Source: Octopus sinensis (Eukaryota). Taken from it: DNA of 64,000 nucleotides. Position numbers and translations under genes: made by a program. The stretch is from positions 868,001 to 932,000 of the forward strand of contig NC_043009.1 of the NCBI RefSeq assembly GCF_006345805.1, given 5' to 3'. Numbering within the stretch: position 1 is the stretch's first letter; each line of letters opens with the position of its first letter. Under the pieces are notes generated by a model. It was not told the origin of the DNA. It saw nothing but the letters and a program-made list of their open reading frames with translations, and made no database searches. This document shows positions 50,216 to 64,000 of this stretch, one piece after another.

Positions 50216-51783
50216 GTGATGTCATCATCGGAATGACAGAGGAACTAAGAAGATGAGAGGTTGTTGATGACCAAAATATTCGATAACTTTACCTGACAGT
50301 TTTTCAATCTACAGACTGTGGAAAGAATTAGTTTGTAATGCTTGTGAGATCTTTCATGTTAATAATGTGTGCGACATGGTGATCTCATATCAAGATAAAC
50401 CACACATGACCTTGCAGGTGGGGCCCAGTTAGAATTTTCTTCAGGTCGAGTAACCCATCCTGCTCAAAAGGTCCCTGAATAAAGGTTGTTTAAGGATGTT
50501 GAACGAAACACCCATGTTTCCAGAGGTGAATTATTCAAACCCCAAAGAATCCCTCTCAACACATAGCTATGACGCCCCCGCCCCACTACTTCTGCTCATG
50601 ATCAGAGATGCACTTATCGTCAGCCACTAAGGGACATGCTCAACTGGTTATGGTCAAACAACTGACAAGCAGATCTGTGGTATTGAGCAGAATATTTGCT
50701 GTAGGCCATCTTTTTAAACCAAGACAAAACAATGTATTATTATTATCATTATTAGCATCGTCCTCATCATTTGGCATTTGTTTCCCGTATTGGTATAGGA
50801 TGAGAGTTTGAGAGGATCTGATAAGCGGGGGGACGGCATCGAGCACGAATGTCAGCTTTGGCATAGTTTTTGCACAGTTGGACATTCATCCTGACAGCAA
50901 CTAATTTACAGTATGTATTTGGTGCTTGAAAGTGGGGGGGGGAGGAAGGTGGCCTTATGCCAGGTGTTGGGAGGCCAAAGGTAGGACAAGCACAGGTGTC
51001 TTGCTATAGAGGAGTACCTGGAAATCCCACATTACATAACAATGAGTGTAAGTAGCTGGAAGGAAGATAAAGATAATGGTGACAAGGTGCCAAAGCATCT
51101 TCAGGTACAAGTGAGAATGCAGACAGTGGATAGTGGAGGGGAAGGGAATAGGAAAAGGTGGGTAATTTCATAAGAGTGTCAGAGGAAGGTAACAAGAGGT
51201 GTTTAATTTGTAGTTTCTGAGTAGAAGCCAAATATTCATCAGACAACTTCCATTCATAGACACACAGACACAGATAGAGGGGGGAGGGGAGAGAGAAAGA
51301 GAAAAGCCATAACAGTTACACTGCTCCAAAAGAGACCAATAACAAAAGAAAAACATAATTCTAAGGGAACTGAAAACCAGGTCACAGTTTTGTTTAGAAT
51401 TCCACAAGTTGATTTATTTACAATTATCACCATCATCATCATCATCATAGACAACAATGATAATCACCACCACCACCATCATTATCATCATCATCGTTGT
51501 CCTCATCAACAATAGCAACAATACTAAGGATAGGGCAATAATTGTACCATTGGCCAATTAGCAGTAAGTTAAAAATAGTCAAAATCATCAGCCATAAAAC
51601 CTGCATCTATTATCAATGGTTTACACACAATCTCATCTACAGTAGGTTAATTATATACCTGTACTTATCAAGTTTCAAATACTGGGAAGTAGAACAAAAC
51701 ATACCAAATTGTTAAAGTCTGATGGACCCAATTTCTGACAATCTCCTTAGCATTGGTTGTTTGAAAGCTTAGCAGAAATATTG

Positions 51784-51830
<47 letters not shown>

Positions 51831-52144
51831 CTTCATTGGCTATGATGACGAGGGTGCCTGTGATGCGATCAATGTAACAGCCTACTTGTGAAATTAACAT
51901 GCAAGTGGCTGAGCACTCCACAGACACATGTACACTTAATGAAGTTCTCAGGGTGATTCAGCAATGACACAGAATGTGACAAGGCTGGCCCTTTGAAATA
52001 CAGGTACAACTCATTTTTGCCAGCTGAGTGGAATAAAGTGTCTTGCTCAAGGACACAACATGATGCTGGGAATTGAACTCATGGCCTTACCATTGTGAGC
52101 CAAATACCTTTACCATTCAGCCATGCACCTTCACACATATATAT

Positions 52145-52795
52145 ATCATCATCATCATCTTTTAATGTCTGCTTTCCATGCTGGTATGGATTGGACGGTT
52201 TGACTGAGGACTGGCAAGCCAGGAGGCTGCACCAGGCTCCGATCTGATCTGGCAACGTTTCTACGGCTGGATGCCCTTCCTAACAGCAACCACTCTGAGA
52301 GTGCTTTTTACATTTCACTGGCACAGGAGCCAGTCATGGGGCACAGGCATCGACCACACTTGAATGGTGCATTTTACGTGCCACTTGGTGGCACTGGCAT
52401 CAGCCAAGCTTGAATGGTGCTTTTCACATGCCACCGGCATTGGTGCCAGTCAGGCAACACTGGCATCAGCCTTGACTACGATTTCACTTGACTCAACTGG
52501 TCTTCTCAAGCACAGCATATCTCCAAAGATCTCGGTCATTTTCATCACCTCCGTGAAGCCCAACATTTGAAGGTCATGCTTCACCATCTCATCCCATGTC
52601 TTCTTGTGTCTACCTCTTCCACAGGTTCCCTCCACTGTCAGGATGTGACACTTCACACACCTGTCCATATGCAACACATGACCATACCAGTGCAGCTGTC
52701 TCTCTTGCACATCATATTTGATGCTTCTTATGTCCAACTTTTCTCTCAGGGTGCTTACACTCTGTCGTGTATGCAAACTGACATTACACATGCAG
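52145..52795 (-). mobile_element. RTE LINE 3' end (second family): ORF C-terminus plus long 3'UTR with (GAT)n tail
   Basis: QERQLHWYGHVLHMD...GTCGRGRHKKTWDEMVKHDL, followed by the gtggttggcgttaggaagggcatccagc UTR. Shorter UTR copies occur at ~150-420, 6820-7200, 7995-8290, 9075-9600, 14240-14530, 17945-18400, 23365-24030, 44155-44280, 53845-54070, 62150-62585 and 63375-64000. Confidence 0.85.
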
Positions 52796-52819
52796 TGGAG
52801 CCTACTAGATTCATATATG

Positions 52820-52872
<53 letters not shown>

Positions 52873-53040
52873 TTTTTCTTTATTTGTGAATTAAGGCTAA
52901 AGAAATTATTTATCCACCAATCTGGTATTGAGCACTCACTTCATCATTCTACATTTATGTGTGTATATGTATGTATATATATATATATTATATATATATA
53001 TATATAATATATATATATATATACATACATATGTTATATA

Positions 53041-53845
53041 CAGGGGTTGGACAAAATAATGGAAACACCTAGCATCATAGAATCATAATTTTGAAATATC
53101 TATAAAACTGTTAAAAGCTTGTTTATTTTTATGTTTTTTATTTATTATTTGTGTTGTTTAATATGTTTTGCTAAAATTGCTGTTTCTTTTCAGATATCTT
53201 CAGAAAAAGGCAATTAACATACATTAAAAGGACAGATCTATCGGACTTTCAAAGAGGTCAAATTGTTGGTGCTCGTATGGCAGGTGCTAGCGTAACAAAA
53301 ACAGCCGAAATGTTTGGTGTATCAAGAAGTACTGTCTTGAAAGTAATGACAGCCTTTGAGGAAGAGGGAAAAACCTTGTCGTCGAAACAAAACTCCGGAA
53401 AAAAACCAAAGCTTTTAGATAGGGACTGTTGGACTCTTCTGGGAATTGTTAGAAAGGATCACAAAAGCACAGGTCCCAAAATTACTGCAGAGCTTAATGA
53501 CCACCTCGAGAACCCAGTTCCCACAAAAACTGTTCACCAGGAGCTGCGCAAAGCAGGATTTCACAGGAGGGCTGCAATCAGAAAACCACTACTTTCAAAC
53601 ACAAATATTGCAAAGTGTTTAGAGTGGAGTAAAAACCTAAACAATTGTTATCTAGAGCAGTGGAAGAATGTTATTTTCTCGGACAAGTCATCCAAGTATA
53701 TGTGTGGAGGCAGCCAAAAGAAGTATTTGACCCAGACTGCCTTCTTCCAACTGTAAAGCATGGAGGAGGATCTGGGGGGTGCTATATCTTGGAAATCCAC
53801 CGGTCCAATGGTTTCCCTTCACGGCAGAATTAATAGTCAAGACTG
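53041..53845 (+). mobile_element. 3'-truncated Tc1-family transposon
   Basis: TA|CAGGGGTTGGACAAAATAATGGAAACACC terminus. DLSDFQRGQIVGARMAGASVTKTAEMFGVSRSTV HTH and WKNVIFSDKS are present, with stops and frameshifts downstream. Confidence 0.9.
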
Positions 53846-56651
53846 ATTTGGTATGGTTTTCTATGGCTGGATGCCCTTCCTAATGCCAACCACTCTGAGA
53901 GTGTAATGGGTGCTTTTATGTGCCACCAGCATGGGTGCCATTTGTGTGACACTGGTATCTGCCATGACTGTGATTTTGCTCAGCTTGATGGGTCTTCTTC
54001 TTCTCAAGCATGACATGATGCCAAGGGTCTCAGTCATTGCCTCCGTGAGGCCCAACACTCGAAAGGAGCTCAGTCACCTGATTAAGAAATGTGAGTAAGA
54101 AGTAGGATTATCTGATTAAGGATCTTATTGTGTGTGTGTGTAATATACATGTTACAGAAGGAAGCAAGCTGGCAGAAACGTTAGCATGCAGAGCAAAATA
54201 CTTAGGGGTATTCCGTCTGTCTTTACGTTCTGAGTTCAAATTCCACTGAGGTCAATTTTGCCTTTCATCTTTTCGAGGTCGATAAATTAAGTTCCAGTTG
54301 CATACTGGGTTGATCTAATCGACTGGTACCACCCCCACTCCCCCAAAATTTCAGGCCTTGTGCCGAGAGTAGAAAAGAATATATGTTAAAGAAGAAAACC
54401 ACCAAGAAGGTGCATGTCTTTCATCAAAGGTGTTTCAATCATGACTGTGACCATGCTGGGGCACTGCCTTGAAGGGTCTAGTCACAGAAATCACCCCTTA
54501 GTACTTATTTTTTTTAAAGTCTGGTATTTATTCTATAAGTCTGTTTTTTGCTGGACTGCTAAGTCTCAGAAAAAACAAACCAAGTGAGAGGTAGAGGAGC
54601 AGAAATACACCCCCCACACACACACACACAAATATACATACACACATGCATACATATACACATACACACAACTGCACACACAAAACTACATACAACTCCA
54701 CACACATGCATATACATACATACACACACACATATGTATGTATGATGGCCTTCCAAGCAGTTTGCATTTACCAAATTCACTCACAAAGCTTTGGTTGTCC
54801 TGGTATAACAGAAGATGTCACACGGGGGAAAATCCCCAGAATTTTGTATTCAGAGCTCATATTGGAAATAAGAAAGTGTTAAAAAGAACAAAAAATGATA
54901 ATATGTAATGAAGAATATGATTTGTGACAAATGCCTCCACACATACAGATGCATTCCTTTGGTGGTAATGGTTAACCAGTGCTGGTGAAGGTGGTGGGAT
55001 TTGAACTCAGAATGTAAAGAACTGGAAGAAACGCCACAAAGTATTTTGTCCAAAACATCAACGATTCTGATTATAACACGATGTGATACAAACTACACAT
55101 GTGCACCCACATGCATGCACACGTGCACCCACATGCATGCACACGTACACTTACAGCTCTGCACTGACTGATTTAATTTACTCTGAATTTGCTTAGACAA
55201 ATAACAAAGAAAGAAAGAAAGTCGGACAGAAGGAAGGAAGGAAGGAAGGAAGGTAACAGTGAAATGAAATGCTGAGCGAAGAATGAAAATGTGGTTGGAT
55301 GCCAACAGAGTAATAATGGAGAGAAATATTGTGTGTTTGACTCTGCCTGCTCAATATTTATATATGTAAAGTAAGGAATACTATTAGATAAATACAGAGA
55401 CTCTGTGTAGACGTCCGATCTGCTAGAAATAGCAGCCAAATCTCCACTGTCTCTAAAGTCATGTCTATTACCTTAATGAAAGGATAAAACTGAATAATGT
55501 TGTTCATGATATACAAAAATGGATGATGTTCATGACAGGAAACATTGTTGATCACATGACCCGGGGTCAAACAACAACATTATCAATACATCTGCGTGGG
55601 GTTCTTGGTCATTTTGTCAAAAGTAATGCTTATTTATTCCTATTGTTTTGAATTAATCCTGAATTATCTCTTAGCTTCAAGATTTCAATGATGCAATTAC
55701 TTATTTTCAGAACAACATTGTAGGGTAGGTGTGAGAGGCCGATTCTGGCTGTCTTAAACATAAAACAATATTTGGATTGGATGCATATGGTTGGATCAAA
55801 TGCTAAAATGTTTTTAAAAAAGGGATTTCAACATGTTGCTATGTGCACTGGATTAAAGCAAGAGGCTTCATTGATTTCGGCTCAGTCTGTTGATCTGATA
55901 ACAGTCGCCATTCCCACTTCATTTTTGTTTAGTGCAAATTTCAGTCTGGATCCACAAAACCTAGGATCAAAGGCATTCCATCCATGACCATCTGTCTATT
56001 TTTTTGTTGTTGTTGTTTTGCACATGTATATCTAGGATTACATTATCCACTGTATCCTTCTTTTAAGATGACAAGATGTGATTTGAGGGAGATTTGGTCA
56101 TTATTTTTAGCAGGTTATGTAACCACATAGAAGTTCCTTCACTGTGTTGAGAAGACCCATAATCAAAAGCAATCTAACCATGACTATCCTATCATTTTGT
56201 ATATTTAAGACTGGCAAACATGTCCTTCTCATTTATGTGTGATTTATGGGAGATTTCACTATTGCTAGCAGGTTGAGCAACCATATAAAAGCCCACACAC
56301 TGTTACTTGTTAAAACGAGGTCCTCTAAAAGTGATCTTACAAGGTGAGATAAGATTTCATTAAGGTTGCCATGAGAAAATGTACCCAGCAAACTGTAAAG
56401 TAGTTGGTGATAGGAATGGCATCCAAACCTAATAACACATACAGTCACCGGTCTTTGGGTGTTGTAGCTCCCAGTAAGAAATGACTTAGATACTAATGAC
56501 CCATCCAACCCATGCCAGCATGGAAAGTGGATGTTAAAGGGTATTTTTAGGGTGGGGTGGGAGCATCAGATATTCACAGGCCTCTGTTTATAGATCAGAG
56601 TCCAAGACTGATGTACTTGGCTGAAAACTCATTTCTCCAAGCTCTGCCAAT

Positions 56652-56693
<42 letters not shown>

Positions 56694-56694
<1 letters not shown>

Positions 56695-57566
56695 GAGGTC
56701 TGATCAATAAGTATCCAGATTGATGCCATAGTAACAAAACTAAAGCACACAAAGTGAAGCCACATGGCACAGATTCACCTTGGACTCTGCAGTGCATGTG
56801 CACTAAGTTTCGACGTTCTGACTCACTTCTGCTGTTTACAGTAGTGCCTGGTAGGAAGGTGTGTAGCGTATGATCGTCGCATTGACCATGACAGAGAAAG
56901 TTGCCATGGTGATACCTGCTCAGAGGCCTACGCAAAATTGCAGAAAGTGTATGAGCTGCACACAAGAGTACAAGGGATTCAGACGTTTCCAAGATGGCCG
57001 AAAAATGTTGATATTGACGAACATTTTGGGAGATCCACAACCAGCAGAACTGAGAAAAACATTGCAGATGTGCGAGTAGATGTGAAGGGAAATCGTCGAA
57101 CCACCTAAGTTAACAAAGGGTGTACGGATTAGTTACGGTTCAGTTCAGTCCATTATCACTGAAGATTTGGGTATGAGATACATGTCTGCCTAGTTTGTGC
57201 CAAAACTGCTTTCAGCTGACCAAAAAGACTCTCGGGTTTCAGTTGCACAAGATCTCTTTGTGTCGAGAATGCTGAAAACTTTTTGAAAACTTTGTGTAGA
57301 GCTCTGAACAGGGATCACCAAGCTTTTGGCAAAATTTGATGCAGATTCTCTGCTCAACTGTCTCTGTCATGGTCAATGTGACGATCACACGCTACACACA
57401 TTCCTTCCAAGCACTGCTGTTTTAACAGTGAAAGTGAGCTAGAATGTTAAAACTTAGTGTCCATGCACAGCAGAGTTCGAGGTCAATCTGTGCCAAGTGG
57501 CTTCACTCTGTCTGCTTTAGCTTCGTTACTATGGCAACAGTCTGGATACTTATTGATCAGACCACG
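56694..57566. mobile_element. Second copy of the long-TIR mariner derivative
   Basis: TA|CGAGGTCTGATCAATAAGTATCC ... GGATACTTATTGATCAGACCACG|TA, with the same internal layout as 985-1876. Confidence 0.9.
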
Positions 57567-57907
57567 TACTTGGTCAAAGAACAGCCAAACAATAGGGTGC
57601 TAGGCAACTAACACAGAGGTGTCAACATCACTAAGGGGGTTGATTGGCAGAGTTGTTAGAGCATCAGACAAATGCTTTGTGGTATTTGTTCTAAGTTCAA
57701 ATCCCACCAAAGTCAATTTACCTTTCATCCTTTCGAGGTCAATAAAATAAGTACCAGTCAAATGCCGAGGTCAAAAAAATATCAACTAGCTCTTATCCCC
57801 TGCAAATTTCAGGCCTTGTGCCGATGGTAGAAAAGATTATTATTATTATTATGGTGATGAGTTGGCAGAATTGTTAACATGTCAAGCAAAATGCTTAGCG
57901 GCATTTT

Positions 57908-58135
57908 AAAGGTGGCGAGTTGGCAGAATCGGTAGCACGCCAGGCAAAATGCTTAGTGGTATTTCACCTGCTGTTACATTCTGAGTTCAAATTCTGCCGA
58001 GGTCGACTTTGCCTTTCATCCTTTTGGGGTCGATAAATTAAGTACCAGTTACGCACTGGAATCGATGTAATCGACTTAATCCCTTTGTCTGTCCCCTCTG
58101 TGTTTATATCCTTGTGGGCAATAAAAAAAATTTTT
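57908..58135 (+). mobile_element. tRNA-derived SINE family B; many copies (e.g. 16657-16860, 27800-27990, 28415-28620, 31175-31410, 54160-54380)
   Basis: TGGCAGAATCGGTAG A box, GAGTTCAAATTC B box, conserved gtcgactttgcctttcatcctttcggggtcgataaa body. Confidence 0.85.
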
Positions 58136-59266
58136 TTTTAAATGCTTAGCAGCATTTCATTTCTCTTTACATTCTGAGTTCAAGGTTTACTTTGACTTTC
58201 ATCCTTTCGGGTTCAATAAAATATGTAGCAGTCAAACACTGGGGTTGATGTAATCGACTTACCTGCTTCCCTGAAATTTGCTGGCCTTGTGCCAAAATTG
58301 GAAACCAAAAGCAGCAGGCTGGTAGAATTGTTAGCAGACTGGGCAAAATGCTTAGCGGCATTTCATCCGTCATTACATTCTGAGTTCCAATTCCGCTGAG
58401 GTTGACTTTGCCTTCCATCCTTTCGAGATCGATGCAATAAGTACCAGTTATTCACTGGGTTGATGTAATCGACTAGCCCACCCCACCTCTTCCAAAATTT
58501 CAAGCCTTGCGTCTATAGCAGAAAGGATTATTATTGTTGTTGTTGTTGTCGTTGTTGGTGGTGGTGTTATTATAGGCTGAAGGATCGAGAGAATTGCTAG
58601 GGAGTTGGATAAAATACCTGGCTGCATTTACTGCAGTTCTTAACATTCTGAGATCATAGGCATAGGAGTAGCTGTGTGGTAAGAAGCTTGCTTCCCAACC
58701 ACATGGTTCCAGGTTCAGTCCCACTGCATGGCACCTTGGGTACATGTGTTCTACTATGGCCTTGGGCCGACCAAAGCTGTGTGAGTGGATTTGGTAGAGG
58801 GAAACTGAAAGAAGCCCGTCGTATATGTGTGTTTGCATGTTTGTTCCCTAACCATTGCTTGACAACTGATGTTGGTGTGTTTACATCCCTGTAACTTAGC
58901 AGTTTGGCAAAAAGAGACTAGTAAAATAAGTACTAAGCTTGCTGCAAGCACTGTTACATTAAACATCATGGAATTAGAACTTAATTTGCAACTATGTACA
59001 CCTGGGAGCAGAGAGTGCCTGCTACTTCACCTTAGTAGATGATAATTAGCTGAGGGGTTATACCTGTTCAGGTATTCTTTTACGTGTTTCAATCATTTGA
59101 CTGGGATCATGCTGGAGCACCGCCTTTTAGTCGAAGAAATCAACCCCTGGACTTATTCTTTTAAGCCTGGTACTTATTCTATCTGTCCGTTCTGCTGAAC
59201 CGCTAAGTTACAGGAATGTAAACACACCAACATCAGTGGGGGAGGGGAACAGACACAAAGACATAA

Positions 59267-59297
<31 letters not shown>

Positions 59298-59619
59298 AGA
59301 TGGGCTTCTTTCAGTTTCCATCTACCAAATCCACTCACAAGGATTTGGTCGGCCCAAGGTGCCATGCAGTAGGACTGAACCCAGAACCATGTGGTTGGGA
59401 AGCAAGCTTCTCACCACACACCCACGCCACTCAACCCTCAACTGAATTTTAACTATTTGTCCCGAGATGGTTGCTGTTGCTTGGGCACCATGATCAAAGA
59501 GGTTTCTCCTACAACCATCCCATTTATATATTCAGTGGTTGATTAACTAGATGCCAGTTGGGTCCAGGTGCCCAATATAAAGGGTTTTAAAAACAGTTCT
59601 CATATTATTCAGAACACCT

Positions 59620-60075
59620 TACTTCCCTGGGCATGGATACATTGAAACTCCGACGTCTGGCAACTGACTTGGCAGACACCCATAAAATTATTAACCATCT
59701 CACAAACAATAACTCTGAGCACCTTTTCAAACTCCACCTGTCTAACACCCATAGACATGTTTACAAAGTCAGAAAACAGCACAGCTCCCATGACTTTCAG
59801 AAACATTTGTTCACACTAAGAGTTGCTGAAGCATGGAACAAACTGCTGGCATCAGTTAGTTGTCGGAACACTGCATCCTTCAAAACTTCCATGCTTCCCG
59901 GGATTCACCAACACTACACCTGATTTTCTCCCCTCCATACACATGCAAGCATGTCTCTGACTCATACACTGTTCACTTTCCAGACATTTGTACGTTACTG
60001 CATATGCTTTATATCCACTTTCTGACAAATTGTGGTGCACCTGAGCACTGTATACAATAATTTCATTATTATTAT
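59620..60075 (+). mobile_element. CR1 LINE 3' end; further 3'UTR pieces at 29597-29790 and ~18945-19005
   Basis: TLKLRRLATDL...HLFTLRVAEAWNKL, then 3'UTR ending cacctgagcactgtatacaa(ATT)n. Confidence 0.85.
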
Positions 60076-60396
60076 TATTATCATCTTCTTTCGTGATTTC
60101 ACTGTGAATTTAGCTCATCAAATTCAACTCATACAGGTGTCTAATAACTTACTTAAGCCTACCCCACCACCTGCCTCTATATATACACATGCTTACATAT
60201 GTATCTCTGTGCATACACACACACACACACATATATATGATAGGTGCAAGTGTGGGTGTGAGGTAAGAAGCTTGCTTCCTGACCACATGGTTCTGGGTTC
60301 AGTCCCACTCCGTGGCACCTTCGGCAAGTGTCTTCTACTATAGCCTCATGCTGACCAAAATCTCGTGAGTGAATTTGGTAGACAGAAGCTGAAAGA

Positions 60397-60437
<41 letters not shown>

Positions 60438-63400
60438 TATATGCACATGTGTGTATCGGTGTTTGTTCCCTTGCCATCTTTTCACAACTGATGCTGGTGT
60501 GTTTATGTCCTTGTAACTTAGCAGTTTGAGAAAAGAAATTGATTGAATAAGTACTCAAAAAAATAAGTCCTGGGGTCAATTTCTTTGACTAAAACCCTTT
60601 AAGGCAGCGCTCCAACACGGCTGCAGTCAAATGAATGACTGAAACAAGTAAAACAATAAAAGAAAGTATATCTATCTGTCTATCTATCTAATATGTATTT
60701 CTATATATATATTATTATTATTATTATTATTTTTCTAAATCTCTCAAAGAGAAACATTCAGTAATAGGTCTTTAAAGTAAAGGCTATTTGCCAACATAAT
60801 GTGGCTGTCCTGGAAGAGGCGATGTTACTGTTATTTCTAGCTGGCTATACAACAAAATATCTGTGTCCTTATATTTTCGAACAGGGAGTTCAGCACTCCC
60901 TTCCAGTGCAATATATATATATATATATCAATATATATATATATATATCAATATATATTATTATTATTATTATTATTTTTCTAAATCTCTCAAAGAGATA
61001 TATCTATATTTCTATATTAGTGTAGGCACATGCCTCAGTGGTTAAGGTGTTGGACTCATGATTGTGAGATTGCAGTTTTGATTCCTGGACTGGGTCAGGA
61101 GTTGAGTCTGTGAGCCAAACACTTCATTTCATGTTGCTCCAGGCCACTCAGCTGGTAAAAATAAATAATACAGTGACAGACTGGCATCCCATCCAGGGGA
61201 ATATATACACCACAGAAAACCAGGAAACTGGCCCTAATCTCCTTACAGAGTAAAATTGACTGACTATATACAGACTACAAGTATAGTTTATCTAAGACCA
61301 CATTATTAAATCAAATATCTTTTCTTTATCTTTTCATGAGCCCTAGGATTCACAAGGCCAAGGTTTAGCCCAGTTTCCATGACCTAACAACACTACCCTT
61401 GAATGGGATGCTGGCTTGTTGCAGGGTTAATTTCCAAGCTATTTCTGGGAACCGTTTACAGCTGAGTGGACTGCAGCAACATGAAATGAAGTGTTGATGC
61501 AGGAATCAAAATCAGAATTTTACAATAAGTAAATTGCCTTAACAACTCAACCATGTGCTTTCACAAATTAAATATGCATTTCCTTTTTTCAAATAGTATA
61601 GTATGAGTTGAGGAAGATTTAGCCAGGCCATTCAGTAAGACAAATTGGCAGTATCATTCTAGTGTTGGAGAGAATTCCTTGCAGTATATGTTCCAACTTT
61701 CTGCTCTCTGAGTTCAAATCTTAATGAGATCAACTTAGTCTTTTATCCTTTTAGGGGTCAATAAAAATGCACCAATTCAAGGCTATGGATTGCCTAAATT
61801 GTAAGAATGTCAGACTGGATGCCTTGCAGCATTTTTTCTGAATCTCTGCACTCAGAGTTCAAATCCCATTTCATCCTTCCAAGGGTTAATAAAAAGCCAA
61901 AAAAAGTACTAATCCAGAATAAATGATTGGTGGCATTGCTAGAGAGACTAAATGCCAGATGAGCAGTTGAAGAAGATTTAGGTTCTCTTGCTGACTCTAA
62001 CTGATATAATTCCAAACTGCAATCAGCAGTAGTACCATGGAATTAAGAAGAATTTTGATAGCTTATGGTCTAAAGTTCAATTCCTGCCACAGAAAAAGCC
62101 AGCTGTGACAAGGTCATTCTCTTAGCTCTTTAGCATTCAGATTACTGCCGAATGACTGAGGACTAGCAGGCCAAGAGGCTGCACCTGACTCCAATCTGAT
62201 CTGGAGAGGTTTCTACAGCTGGATGCCCTTCCTAATGCCAACTACTCTGAGAGTATTGTGGGTGCTTTTTATGTGTCACTGGCATGGGGGCCAGTCAGGC
62301 GGCACCGACCATGTTCAAATGGTGCTTTTTACGTGCCACCAGCAAGGGAGCCAGTCAGGAGGCACTGGCATCAACCACACTCGAAAGGTACTTTTTATGC
62401 GTCACTGGCACAGGAACCAGTCAGGCAGCACTAGCATCGACCACACTCAAATGGTGCTTTTTATGTGCCACCAGCATGGGATCAGTCAACTAGCACTGGC
62501 ATCGACCATGCTCGAATGGTGCTTTTTGTGTGTCACCAGCATGGGAGCCGGTCAGGCGGCACTGGCATCGACCACGCTTGTATGGTGATGACATTGTAGG
62601 GTAGGTGTGAGAAGCCAATTTTTGACAGTTTGAACATACAACAAGTAGAATATTTGGACTGGATATGGCCAGTTTAAATGCAAAAGGGTCAAGTTATAAG
62701 CTAAGAGTTCTTTGCTTGGCAGCCACATGTTTTCAGGTTCAGTCTCACCATGTGGCAACTTGAGCAAGTGTCTTTTACTATAGACTTGGGCTAACCAATG
62801 CCTTGAGAGGGATACTGAGTGGAAGCTGTGTGTGTGTTTGTCCACCACCACTTGATAATTGGTGTTAGTTTGTTTACATCCCCATAGCTTAATGTTTCGG
62901 TAAAAGAGATCAATAGAATAAGTCTCAGACATAAAAAGTAAAATGATTTGTTCAACTAAGTCCTTCAGAGTGGTGCCTCAGCATGGCCGCAGTCCAATGA
63001 CTGGAACAAGTTAAAGATAAAAGGCAAAGATTCATCCACTTAGCAAAACAGGAGTTAAGAGTTGAGTATCAGAGATGGTCACTTTTTTTTCCTTTTTTTT
63101 TTCCTCAGCTTTATATAGATTGAAACATAACGATTGGATGAATTGATAAGGTGTCATCCTACAGGCAGATTGTATAGTACCATTGATGCTGTACTCTACC
63201 CTTGACATAGAGTATACCAACATAAAATTTTTGTGAGGAGTGTGAGGTGTTGGTGATTAAAGAGAAATATTATGCCCAGGTGCACATATATATATTATAT
63301 ATATATACACACACAACATAATATTTCATTAGTCACATTGCTTGTAATTAGATTTTCCCTAATTAACACATAAAAAAAGCACCCACTACACTCACGGAGT

Positions 63401-64000
63401 GGTTGGTGTTAGGAAGGGCATCCAGCTGTAGAAACATTGCCAGATAAGACCGGAGCCTGGTGCAGCTTTCTGGCTTCCCAGATCACCGGTCGAACCGTCC
63501 AACCCATGCCAGCATGGAGAACGGACGTTAAACGACGATGATGATGATGATGATATTATACACACAAACATACACACACACACATCATCATCATATTTAT
63601 GGTTGCCTTCCATGCTGGCATGGATGGGTTGGACAGTTTGACAGGCTCCGATCATTTGGAGACCCACATCCTGCTCTAGTGTCTCAGTTTTGGCATGGTT
63701 TCTATGGCTGGCTGCTCGTCCTAACACCTGTGCACCTACAGGTGAAAATCAGAGCAGCAAGAAATTAACGTGAGCAAAATAAAATTATTAATCTCTACTA
63801 TGGTACTGAATAGCCTTTTGTCTCACAGTTAACATTAAACAGGCAAATATATATATATATATAAGAATAATGGAAAATGGAGACAAACGCTCAAGATGTT
63901 ATCTAAATCATTCATATCACTTTATTACCAACATGTTTCGATAGATCATCATCATCATCATCATCACCGTTTAACATCCGCTTTCCATGCTAGCATGGGT

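Noticed and set aside
61920-62016. Minus-strand exon-like stretch (LELYQLESAREPKSSSTAHLAFS)
   Set aside because: The acceptor is plausible but the donor is weak, it runs into SINE sequence, and there is no homology.
63105-63230. Strong + strand polypyrimidine/AG acceptor
   Set aside because: All three frames stop within ~40 nt and there is no good donor. At most it is a non-coding exon.

Overview
Eukaryotic, AT-rich, repeat-dense DNA. The SINE, RTE, CR1 and microsatellite content looks like an Octopus (coleoid cephalopod) genome; this is inferred from recalled repeat families, not from a search. One protein-coding gene could be reconstructed by hand: SLC30A9/ZnT9 (mitochondrial CDF-family zinc transporter) on the minus strand. 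Eleven GT-AG exons from 29457 down to 2274 join in one continuous frame (...GNVFILPVRAMNEFLLSPNDLTQLPKYTRRSPY...WGS...GKVVVSAIFINAINTLVKLIAWLYTGSHSMFSECIHSLADTVNQVILGIGLYHSIKKPDAVHPYGYRNLKNISSLISGVGIF...AIAALLGTMVSEG). The gene continues beyond base 1. A possible untranslated or uORF-bearing first exon and an ETS/CRE motif cluster lie near 48.1-48.4 kb. The rest is mobile DNA: tRNA-SINEs, RTE and CR1 LINE fragments, mariner, Tc1, pogo, piggyBac and Merlin-like DNA elements, non-autonomous Helitrons, minisatellites and a 5.7-kb TA/CA low-complexity array. The most unusual signal is a set of minimal type I hammerhead-ribozyme motifs in at least five unrelated repeat families, most of them inside fold-back structures typical of Penelope-like elements. 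They include one intact motif in the loop of a perfect 124-bp inverted repeat, one in a tRNA-headed SINE-like element, and two families with a compensatory U3:A8 core (UUGAAAA). Most supplied ORFs are microsatellite or repeat artefacts.
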